From positions 50,592,001 through 50,656,000 of the forward strand of contig OX597835.1 of assembly GCA_951406725.2 (NCBI GenBank): a DNA stretch of 64,000 nucleotides, in the 5' to 3' direction. The translations under genes were made by a program, and so were the position numbers. This DNA comes from Octopus vulgaris. Taxonomy: Eukaryota. Under the pieces are notes generated by a model. That model saw only the letters and a program-made list of their open reading frames with translations. It did not search any database and had not been told where the DNA came from. Below are positions 12,129 through 22,708 of this stretch, one piece after another; position 1 is the stretch's first letter; every line of letters starts with the position of its first letter.

Positions 12129-13399
12129 TCAAGCATGAAGTTCATAACATATTTATTTATCTGTCATTCTAATCACTTATTACTGCTCTGTACTTGACTG
12201 ACACTTCATTCTGGAGCATATGTATATTGAGTTCTAATACCAGGTTAATATCACTATGCCTACACACACACTCCCTGGTAGATATAAATACTTTTGGTTA
12301 AAACCTCTACTCTAATTCTAAATAAGACCATGAGTTATTATTACAAGAGGTTTGTAAATAAATTAAAAAATACAAATATTTGGTTTTGTAAAAAATATAA
12401 TATAAATTTTTACTTTTGTTAGAAAACCTTGAACTATTCAAGAAATGATTTGCTTTGGATAATGGATAACAAAAAATAGAAAATGTATCAAAATAAGGCA
12501 TAGCTATGTGATTTAAGAAGTTCCTTTCACAACTCTGTAGCTCTGAGTTCAATGTTATTGTAGTAATCTTGGCTAAATAACTTCTACTGTAGCCCTGAGC
12601 TGTTCAGTACAGTGAAAGTGAAATTTAGTCGATAGAAACTGTGTAGAAAACCATTTGTGTGTGTGTGTACACTTGTGCATATTGAAACCATGGAGATCTG
12701 ATCAGGCAACTGAGATTAGTGATATTCCATATTCATTCATTAATACTTCTAAATCTTGTGGTTTTTCATGTTTCTTATGTGGAAGCCATGTTAGTTTTGT
12801 GGAAGATGGTTTTTTTTTTAGTTTAGGACTTTGTGGGGGTTTATATTGAATGGATTTGAGGTATATGCATGTATACATGTATGCATGTGTATTTGTGTTA
12901 ATCAATGATTTGAGTTATGCTCCTTCATGTGAATAAGTTAAAACTCAGAGATCAATAAAATAAGTTGCACAGGTTGACACAACCAACAAAAACACTAAAA
13001 AGCAGTACCCCCCCCCCATCTAGTTGCAGTCTATTGACTGAAATCAATAAACGAATATAAATTTATCAATGATTTGCTTTTTTCTTTTCTTCATATTGTA
13101 TATTTTCAATGTTTTGCTTTGTCTGTCTGTGTGTAAATATCAGTTTCCTCCAGTTTCTGTTGAATGTCATTTTTCTTTGCACCACTAATACTGTTAGGAA
13201 AAGGATGACTATTACAATGCACAGATCCTTATTTTCCATTTCCATTTCATCATATTGCTAATGTGAATAACTTTCTGGGGGGGGGGGGTTCTGCCACATA
13301 CCCACATGACTTGGCAAATTTTAAACAGTTGTTGCTTGTGTTATCTGGCTCAATTGTTACCACATCAAACAAAATGTTTTGGGTATTTCTTCTGATTTC

Positions 13400-14080
13400 A
13401 TATTTTGAATTCACATGTCACTCAGGTTGACTGCCTTTCATCATTTCTGGGTCAATAAAATAAACACCAGTTGAGCACGGGTCAATATAATCAATTAATC
13501 CCCCCCCTTGGAAGCAAATTGATAGAATTGTTAGAGCTTCAAAAAGAAAGCTTTGCAGCATTTGTTGTCTCTTTAGTTTCTGTTGGTGGATTGGCAGAAA
13601 TGGATTGGACTTAAAATGCCTCACAGCATTTGTTCAAGCTTCTTTGCCTTTCATACTTTTAGAGTCAGTAAAAGATAAGAACCAGTTAAGAACTGGAGTG
13701 AGTGTAATTCAGCTCACTCTCTCCCTTGAAATTACTAGCCTTGCATGTAAATTAGAGATTGTTATTAAAAGGGTTATTAGCAGTACAATGCTTTGTATCT
13801 GTTTCAGCTCTTTACATTCTGAGTTCAAACCTCACCTATGTCAGCACAGCCGTTCAACCTCTATGGTAGATAAAGTGTCATTGAAATTCTGATGTTATTT
13901 AACGAAACCTTTCTGGCCTTGTGGCTATGTTAAAGATTGTTGTTGTTATTCCCACCAATCCTAACTTTGTTTTTCTTCTTTCTGTAATCAATTAAATAAA
14001 ATCGATGTCAAATACAGAGGTTGATAGAACTAACTAAACTCCTTCTAACAATTTCTGACCTTCTGCCAATGTTACAAGTC
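13400..14080 (+). mobile_element. Three to four tandem degenerate SINE units of a second family
   Basis: Recurrent gcctttcat...g(t)cnataaaata..accagtt...ggngt..at..aat blocks at about 13430, 13645, 13850 and 13965. Confidence 0.5.
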
Positions 14081-14132
14081 TTTGTAATTTTGTTTTAATT
14101 ACTCTTATTCCTCCTCTTCTCTTCTTCCTCAG

Positions 14133-14289
14133 CCGTTCTAAGCATTATCGACTGATCAATGTTGAAGACAAGACATCTGATGACTTTGACTTGTTACGCA
14201 GCCAGAGGGTTGGCATTAACCTTCTGGACGATCCTGATATTCAGAGTGCCATCCGCAAGTCTGTTAGTCTTGAAGAAATCACTCATCCT
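14133..14289 (+). CDS. DENND1A: Penultimate coding exon of a DENN domain-containing protein 1 (connecdenn)-like gene
   Basis: Polypyrimidine tract with AG at 14131-14132 and GTAAGT donor at 14290. Open frame RSKHYRLINVEDKTSDDFDLLRSQRVGINLLDDPDIQSAIRKSVSLEEITHP joins the 17690 exon in frame; resembles the DENND1A IDLLED...AKSLEDL region (recall). Missed by the ORF track. Confidence 0.7.
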
Positions 14290-14779
14290 GTAAGTCAACT
14301 TTACTTTAAACAAATACTTTGATCACTTCCTGCCATGCCATATTCTTTAGAAATTTCTTAGAAATTTAGAAACAAGAAAATCTCTTTATAAAAAGGCAAA
14401 GAGCCAGTATCAGGAATCAAATTGGTTTTTTAAATAAAGTTTTTGTTTTAATGATTTACTCAAGTGGTAATGACCTTCATCATATCCTGTACCGGGTTTG
14501 GCTAAGAATTGCAAAATTGTGAGTTAGGTTCCCTGACTGACTGGCTTGTTGAGTTTCTGAGCTTCTTGGCACTTTATTTCATGTTGCTGCTATCCACTCA
14601 GCTGAAAACAAGTCCTAGCAGCAACTGGTGTGAGTAGGTAATGGGTTAAGTCTACAACAGACCGGCATCTCCTCTCGTAGGGTATCTTGTAGCCTATTAC
14701 TTAAATGCTTCAAAAATTGGATTATGATATGGTTTAATTAGCTCATAATCTTGTGACAACTTTTAATTTTTATGTACAT

Positions 14780-14930
14780 AGGCACAGGCGTGACTGTATA
14801 GAAAGAAGCTCTCTTCCCAACCACATATTTTGGCGTTCAGTTCCATTGCATGTTACCTTGGGCTGAACAAGGCCTTGTATGTCGATTTGCTAGACAGAAA
14901 CTGAAATAAGCCCATCATGTATATATGTTT
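14780..14930 (+). mobile_element. Degenerate tRNA-derived SINE 5' part
   Basis: aggcacaggcgtgactgt...gttcagttccattgc...gacagaaactgaaataagccc. Confidence 0.7.
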
Positions 14931-14933
14931 ACA

Positions 14934-15845
14934 CTAGCAGTAATACCCATCGTTGATTGGGTAATTACTTTTACTGTTTCTCAGGCCAAGAAGTTAGAAA
15001 GATGGGTATATCATAGAGAAGAATGGCTTCACAGAATCCAGGTGACTGCGATGGCATTGAAAAGGAACATCCACTTGTCACTATTCCTTTTGACGTATGA
15101 ATAGGTGGTATACCAAAGGAGAATTGAAAGATTCAGTTTGAATGTGAATGAAGCTAGAAGAATAGCTTTATGGAATCCGGGTGACTATGCAAAGGCACCG
15201 AGAAAGCCACAGGTGAAGTGGAAGACCCATTTGTCACAGTTTCTTTTGACATTTGAAAAGGCCATATGCTCAAGGAGAATTGAAAGATTCAATTTCGAAT
15301 CTAAACCAGGGTGAAACTATGACTACAGATTTTAAGTTTACTTGTTCTGTATGTATTATATAAGAGAAAAACATGTAATAACTGAAGTAGAAAAAAGATG
15401 GCTTTCATATATGAACTTCTGTTTGTTCTTCAAGTTGCAATCCACCAACTTTTAGTGTTTGGTTCTGTGTTTTATTGATGCTCATGGCAAAAGAAAGTGG
15501 GATAGGAAACTAACAGTTTAAATTGGAATGGGACACTAGCAGTAATATGATGGGTGTTACTGCTAGTGTATACATATATACATGATGGGCTTCTTTCAGT
15601 TTCTGTCTACCAAATCCACACACAAGGTATGTGTATAACAGGTATGCAAGGAACTAAGACAATGTCACCATTGAGAATATTTGCCTCAATGCAATTCCTC
15701 ATCAGTTTGTGCACAATTAGTGTTGTACCATTGCATAATTTTTGTTGAGAAATATTAGGAAATGTAGAAAAAGCACAATAGCTTCCCTTGAACCATTTAC
15801 TTTCATTTTGGTGGACAAACAAACACACAGATGGACAGAATCTCT

Positions 15846-15860
<15 letters not shown>
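14934..15860 (-). mobile_element. Non-autonomous Helitron with PIF1-helicase fragment
   Basis: 3' end on minus strand acccaatcaacgatgggt hairpin plus actgCTAG|T at 14934; KLCNGTTLIVHKLMRNCIEANILNGDIVLVPCIP at 15634-15745 is a Helitron helicase C-terminal motif; two internal ~140-bp tandem units (15018-15300); the 5' end lies in (TA)n. Confidence 0.7.
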
Positions 15861-15909
<49 letters not shown>

Positions 15910-15999
15910 CATATACATAATAGCTTTCCTTGAACTATACTTTCATTTTGGTGGACGAACAAACACACAAACGAACAGAATCTCTCTTTTCTATGTACT

Positions 16000-16220
16000 T
16001 CTGTCTCTGTGTGTTTCTGTGATTCTACCCTCCTACCACTGTTTGGCAACTGGTGTTGGTGTGTTTACATCCCCATAACTTAGTGGTTTGGCTAAAGAGA
16101 CTGATAGAGTAAGTACCATGTTTTAAAAAAATAAGTATTGGGATTGATATATTCGACTAAAAATTCTTCACGACAATGTTCCAGTATGGCCACAGTCTAA
16201 TAATTGAATCAGGTAAAAGT
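16000..16220 (+). mobile_element. SINE 3' half (unedited comparator for 5120-5300)
   Basis: tggtgtgtttacatccccataacttagtggtttggctaaagagactgatagagtaagtacc...ccagtatggccacagt. Confidence 0.75.
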
Positions 16221-17689
16221 AGAATGGAAGAATTAGACACAGTGGTTTTGGACTTGTGTGGGGCCCCTGAGTGGGAAGATGCAATATGCAGAGGAGAGGC
16301 AGGAAGGCATGGGTGGAAGTAATATGCAACTAGCTAGCTCTGAGGAATAGGAGCAGCAGTGTGGTGGTGGGAGAAAAAGTAGAGAGAGGAGAAAGCATAT
16401 CTGTGGACCCTGTTTGTAGTGTGATGATGGGAGTCATTTGCCAACCTGCTGCTGGCTTTCTTTTGGATACAGTCTATACTACTTGCATAGCAGTAACACC
16501 ATATCAGATGTGGGAACAGTTTTTGCAGTAGTAGCTCATACTTGAGGAATTTTTTTTTTCTTTGTATTATTATTATTTGAGAGTCTGCAAGCTTTTCAGA
16601 GTGAAGTACTTTCTGTCACCGAAGAGAAAGACAACTAGTTTGTAGTTAAAAACAAATTTTCAACATCACTTATCAGAAAATCTCATCTGTCTGGCTTCTT
16701 AATTGCAGTGATTTTGAGCTTCTGGACACCCCTGGTATGTAAGCCAAAAGCTGCAATTAAAAACAAATCAAAACCATATAATTAGACTCCATATAGTCTG
16801 TATGTACCCACTTTCCAGCCATCTCTCATAAAACATGAAAGATTGATATTAAAATCAGATTTGTTATGGAATTTCAGTCATGCAGGGAACCCTCCAGTTT
16901 TGTAGGGTTTGTGTGTTATATAAGGGTACTTGTCAGTTATATAAGGGTACTTGTCAGATCAGGTAAATACAAAATTGTTTTGATATGTGCAGTGATTGCT
17001 TCAATCTTTGGAATAAGTACAAGGAAGGAGAGATAAAAAAGAAATCTGGATCTGAAATTGGGACATGGTTGGTTACAGCTCCTTTGTTTTAGATTCGTTT
17101 GGGTCCCATTTAACCTCTGTGTAATCTTAATATTAAGAAATTAAAATGGTTTAATTTCCGACTTTGTGTTGGAAGCTAATCCTTGTCTCCAGTCAAGTGG
17201 AAAATGTCAGCCTCAAACAATTATTTATCAATAATAGAATCTTTCCTTGTTGTGACTATAAAATAATGACAATGTTTTGAGAGAGCATCCTATCCCCAAC
17301 CATATAAATAATATTTTGAATTATTAAATCTCTCAACAATTCTGGTGCCTTACACCAACAACTATTTCGTGATTCTTCAGCAAACATGATAAAGTCTTGC
17401 TTTGCTGATGAGGTCAGAATATGACTGAAGAGAGTCATCTCTTGTACTTGTCAGATCAGTGAAAATTATATTAATCAGTGACTAATTTTATATTTCCCAT
17501 TTGCAGAATTATTTTCAGTTAACTTTTTGCTGTTTAAATATGTTAGCACAAATTTATCAATTATCAGTTTTTAGTCAATAGTTCCTCTTCAAAGATAAGA
17601 CAGAAATAACTTAAAACTCCAATTTTTTTGTTATATATATTTATTTTTTATTTTCATTTTTTTTTTTTCATTTTCCTTTTTGTTTCCAG

Positions 17690-18874
17690 AGAGAAGAAAG
17701 TGATTTGTCATCACTTGACAGTGGAAGTGGTACTCCATCGGAAGGAGCCCAATTTTCATATGTGGACCTGACCACAATTGATGAATCAGTGGAGTTAGCC
17801 AGCGCTGGGAACAAATCCTTACCTACTACAATCACTCGACAATGGTCATCTCCATCCAATACCACTTTGTTCTCAATGGAAGAATCGGCTCCTGTTGGGA
17901 ACATTGACCAATGGCAATCTTTTGATTCTCCCGAGAAAAAGCCTCCAGACATAAACCACAGTGCTTCTCATCTCTATCCTCAACCATCTTCTAGTGTCAC
18001 TGCAACAAAAGACAACATTCAGGAGAAGGAACATGATGTGAGCAACACCACAGTTAACAGTTGTGCCCCAAAGGCTCCTGCAGTTCCCCCTCGGCCCTCT
18101 GCTAAGGCAGTTGCAAATACTGTAGCATCTTTTCAAGATGACTTTGCTCCCATGTTACCACCCCGAGGGAAAAGGGCAGATTCAGATTTTATGAAATTTG
18201 AGGAAAGTACTTCATTTGACCCCTTTGAAGATAATTCACAAAACCCCTCTCTGGCTGGACCAGAGACTGCTTCAACAACAATAACTTTAGAAGGACCCCC
18301 TGAAAAAACAAATTTTCGACGAAAAGTAGGTGGTACATCTATTTCCCGAACACCAGCATTCCGTCGTGCCAAACAAAATTCCCTTAATATTACCTCAGAG
18401 CCCCCTGAGGTTGTTGACAATAGAGATGATAGGGTGAAATCCAGTGACCCCACTTCAATGTTTGACCCTCTTACCAATCCTGATGCTGTGGAGGTTAACT
18501 CCGGTCAAGCAGAATCTTCAAAGGCAGCGCCCTCTGATGATGAAGAATTGTTGCGAGATTGGGACTTTCATAAGAAAACCTCTTACAATTGTATTTCAAC
18601 TGTTCCCCCTACATTAACCTCTCAATCCTCTGTTTCAGCTGTCCCCGCTTCTCCTTTTTTCCGAACCCCTCTTCATCCTTCATCTTCTCCACAACTCAGA
18701 TGTAAATCAGCCAATATAAGAGATTATAGTCAGATCAGTCGACAACGTACAATTGAAGTTGATACAACTCAAAGACCAGGCTCAAGTGACCTCTTTGCTG
18801 ATCTTGTTGACCTTCATCGGGGTAAAAGCCGAACTCCCTCTCCTCAACCGAAATCATGGCAAGCTTTCCAGTAG
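17690..18874 (+). CDS. DENND1A: Terminal coding exon of DENND1/connecdenn-like endocytic adaptor (disordered S/P/T-rich tail)
   Basis: Strong acceptor (T-rich tract, ccAG at 17688-17689) and an open frame REESDLSSLDSGS...PKSWQAFQ* to the stop at 18872-18874. Motifs: WxxF (WQSF and C-terminal WQAF), FxDxF (FQDDF), DPF, PxxPxR (PAVPPR, PMLPPR). The exon is well supported; the gene name is by motif recall and the DENN domain is outside the window. Confidence 0.75.
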   Translation, partial: REESDLSSLDSGSGTPSEGAQFSYVDLTTIDESVELASAGNKSLPTTITRQWSSPSNTTLFSMEESAPVGNIDQWQSFDSPEKKPPDINHSASHLYPQPSSSVTATKDNIQEKEHDVSNTTVNSCAPKAPAVPPRPSAKAVANTVASFQDDFAPMLPPRGKRADSDFMKFEESTSFDPFEDNSQNPSLAGPETASTTITLEGPPEKTNFRRKVGGTSISRTPAFRRAKQNSLNITSEPPEVVDNRDDRVKSSDPTSMFDPLTNPDAVEVNSGQAESSKAAPSDDEELLRDWDFHKKTSYNCISTVPPTLTSQSSVSAVPASPFFRTPLHPSSSPQLRCKSANIRDYSQISRQRTIEVDTTQRPGSSDLFADLVDLHRGKSRTPSPQPKSWQAFQ

Positions 18875-19705
18875 AGCATGTTGTTAATGTTTAAATTAAT
18901 TAATTATCTTTGCAAATTAAGCTGACCTACCAGTTTTATTAATAATGCAAATATAATTGACAGTTTTAATAAAATAGTAAAATAAATTTCCAAAATTTAA
19001 GATTAAAGTTGAAAATTGTTTGAAGATTAAGATTTTATTTCAACTCTATTAGATACAGTTCCATTGGCCTCCATAGTTTACCAGAGAATTTCTTCTCTTC
19101 CTTTCCTTGTAATTCTACACAAGAACATATTTCTATCTTTCTCACTCAACTCTCCAATACCAGTGTCAAAATCTTGCTCTATTTAGGAAAATTCTGCTTA
19201 TATTTCTAATCAGTTTTCTCATTCATTCTGTATCGAACTAATACTATCCCGGTTCTGGAAAAGGAGGTCTATAGCATTTTCCCCTGAAATCAACCGATAT
19301 CGGAACAAAGTACCCTGATGATTTACTTAATTTATACTATGAACTGGCATGCTTTTCACATAAGCCAGCAATGTTTCCTTATGTCTTGTCACTAAATGCT
19401 TTGTTTTTTTTTATTTTTATTAATAGTTATTTTTTGTTTTGTTTTGTTCTGTTGTTGAAACTTTGCTATGTGCAAAATTGAGAAACTTGACCATATAAGG
19501 AAACAGTTTTTGTGTTTCTTTATCGAGTAAATTCCAAACTGATTGAAATAATATTAAAATTTACTTGCCTTTCTGAGTATTTTCTTTCACTTCTTTTGTA
19601 ATTAATTATTATCATAGATGTTCTCTAAAGTGTCTTCCAGCTTCCTAATAATATGGAGAAATGAAGGAACAAGATGTGCTGCTAAAAATAGTAGCCAAAT
19701 TTTGT

Positions 19706-19910
19706 TTATCCCTTTTGATCCCAACCCATCTGAGACTGCTCTTCATTCTATGATATGTCCTGTTTTAAAGTGGTTTCCCATCAAAATTTCATGTTAAATT
19801 ATGTTCCAGGCCAGAGCATAATAATAGTGACATTTTAGATTCATTATTTTAAAAATTAAATGAAACAAAGATGACATTTTTGATGGAAATATGGCAGCTC
19901 AAAGATTGAA
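19706..19910. mobile_element. Possible degenerate MITE (piggyBac-like ends)
   Basis: Ends ttatcccctttt...aaagattgaa resemble decayed TTAACCCTTT/AAAGGGTTAA termini; weak. Confidence 0.3.
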
Positions 19911-21104
19911 ACATATCCAATCATCACAAGAAGAAATAAAGGGAGGCACTGTGAATATGTCTCTGCTCTTAGGTTTTACTCTGTCATAGCAAACTTGAAA
20001 CTGCAACTACAAGCTAGCAAGGAAGCATCTTCATGGTTGCTTGACCCGCTAGTAGTAGCAACAATATCAATCTCAAATCAGATCATATTGTCTTAAAAAG
20101 GGGACTTTTTTAAGAACTATGTAGAGGAGGAAGAGCAGCAAGCAAGACATTTCTTTTGCAGGATCTTGAAATTTGATCTAATCTGTGAAAAAGGAGACAC
20201 CAGAGCCCTTGGTTTGAATGCTTGCAATTCAGACCGACGGCTCTGCTAAAGGACTACAAGGACCAGGTGATGAATATATCTACCACCCAAAAACAATGGG
20301 CTCCCATACATTTTTCATTTATCTTAGTTTGTTCTATAGCAGGCTTTTCAATCATATAACTATCAAAAAAAGCTGTTGTGGTTGAGAATTCCTTTGGTTA
20401 TAGACCCAATTCATCAGCTGATTTGGGGCTCTAAGCAATGAGACATGGTGCTTTGGTAGCTATTTTTTTTTTTTGTTTGTTATTCCTGGAAACAAAAACT
20501 GGATCATAGCTGCAAGCATTGTTGTGTCATTAACAAGTTCACCTTGCAACCACATGGCTCTAGTTTCAATCTCATGGCAGTATATTCTGCTGTAGCTTCA
20601 TCTTCATCATGCTGGCATGGGTTGGATGGATTAACAGGCACTAGCAAGGCCAGGATCTGCGCCAGGTTCTGTAGGCTGTTTTGGCTCTCAATGCTCTACT
20701 TAACAACAGCCACTTTAGAGAGTGTACTGGGGTGCTTTTTGTGTGGCACCATTGACTGATAGCTTCTGGGTAGAGTTCGGTTGACAGAAACTATGCAGAA
20801 GCCCATTGGTATGTTGGTGTGAGCATCTTTTGATGATATAATCATTTATTTTTATGGCCTTGGCTTTTGTTGCCATGGAGAAACCCTTTGATAGGGTCCT
20901 TTACCCCTTATATGGTGGTCAAGGTAGAAGGTATGAGATGTATTAAAAAAAAAAATAAATACATGTATATTTGTTACCTGTGATGAATATGCATGATGAA
21001 TACAGATGATTTCACATCAGGCATTTTGCAACACGGATGTATATATATGAATAAGACACAGAGATAGCAGGCATAAATACATACAACATACGAAGTGAAC
21101 CCCC

Positions 21105-21140
<36 letters not shown>

Positions 21141-21233
21141 GAAATCTCAGGGCTGGCCATAAAATGTCAACAATGCACCAGCAGCAGTGGCCATGGCAAC
21201 ATTGGGCAAAGACAAAGGAATACATGAGCCATA

Positions 21234-21293
<60 letters not shown>

Positions 21294-21479
21294 TAATAAA
21301 ACAACCCGAAATACTACAATATGTGTTTCAACACATGATTTCACATCAGGCATCTTGCAACACGGATGTATATATATGTGTAATAAGGCACAGTAAAAAG
21401 TAAGCCACATTTTCAAGTATGGACTTTATCACAATATCTTTCACTATGTATATATATATGTATATACATATATATATAT

Positions 21480-21642
21480 ACACCATCTCTTCGGTTATCT
21501 GGCTAGATAACCGAAGAGATGGTGTTGTGGATTTCCACCTCGGCATCCGAAACTCAGAGTTTTATCTTGGCTATTGAATAATTGTCAGATAAATTTCCTC
21601 TATTTACATAATATTGGGGTCTCTTTCTTTCTTTTGTTTTTA

Positions 21643-21645
<3 letters not shown>
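21480..21645 (+). mobile_element. Penelope-LTR-like fragment with fold-back 5' end and degenerate hammerhead
   Basis: Perfect 21-bp hairpin at 21480-21525 overlapping gataa-CCGAAGA-gatg..catcc-GAAA-ctcaga-GTT-ttatc; bounded by (TA)n. Confidence 0.45.
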
Positions 21646-21695
<50 letters not shown>

Positions 21696-22673
21696 ATATA
21701 AACTTATGCATATATATGTGTGTGTGTGTATATAAACTTATGTATATATATATACAAACACACACACATATAAATACACATATAAACACAAATATATATA
21801 CATACACATACATGTATGTATACATATATATACATACACATATATATACATACACATATACATATATATACATACACATACATGTATGTATACATATATA
21901 TATGTGCATGTATATATAGATATGTATATCTATATGTATTGATAGAAATTGATATGTATATATATGTGTGTGTATATATTGATATATGTATATATGTGTG
22001 TGTATATATATATATATGTGTATATACTTGTGTGTATATACATTTGTCTGCACATATGTGTGTGTTTACATGTGTGTGTACATACACGTGTGTATATACG
22101 TGTGTGCATATTCATGTGTGTACATATGTATACACGTGTCTATGTATACATGTGTGCATATATGTGTATATACGTGTGTATACATGTATGTGACATATGT
22201 ATCTGTGCATACATGTTTGTATATACATGTGTATACATGTGTGTATATAAATGTATGTGTGTATACATATGTATGTTTATATATGTGTATGTATATGTCT
22301 GTCTATATACGTGTCTATGTACATGTGTATGTATATACGTGTGTATATACATGTGGGTGTATAGACGCATGTGTATACATACATTTGTGTATATACGTGA
22401 GTATATACATATTTGTGTATATAAATGTATGTATACAAATGTGTGTGTGTACATACGTGTTTATATACATGTTTATATACATTTCTGTATATGTCTGTAT
22501 AAATGTGTACGTGCATATGTGTGTATATACGTGTCTATGTACATGTGTATGTATATACATGTATATAACTGTGTGTAGATACGTCTATGTATATATACAC
22601 GTGTGCTTGTTTATATGTGTGTATGAATATACATGTGTGTGAACATATGTGTGTATATATATGTATATATATG

Positions 22674-22708
<35 letters not shown>

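Noticed and set aside
16916-16958. 21-bp tandem duplication gttatataagggtacttgtca x2
   Set aside because: Only two units and no spacers; ordinary slippage, not CRISPR-like.
17405-17445. Hammerhead-like ctgatga-ggtca-gaata-tgact-gaag
   Set aside because: GAAA is GAAG and no stem I can be formed; chance match or too decayed to call.
17668-18477. Antisense ORFs over the terminal exon
   Set aside because: Shadow frames of the real + strand exon.
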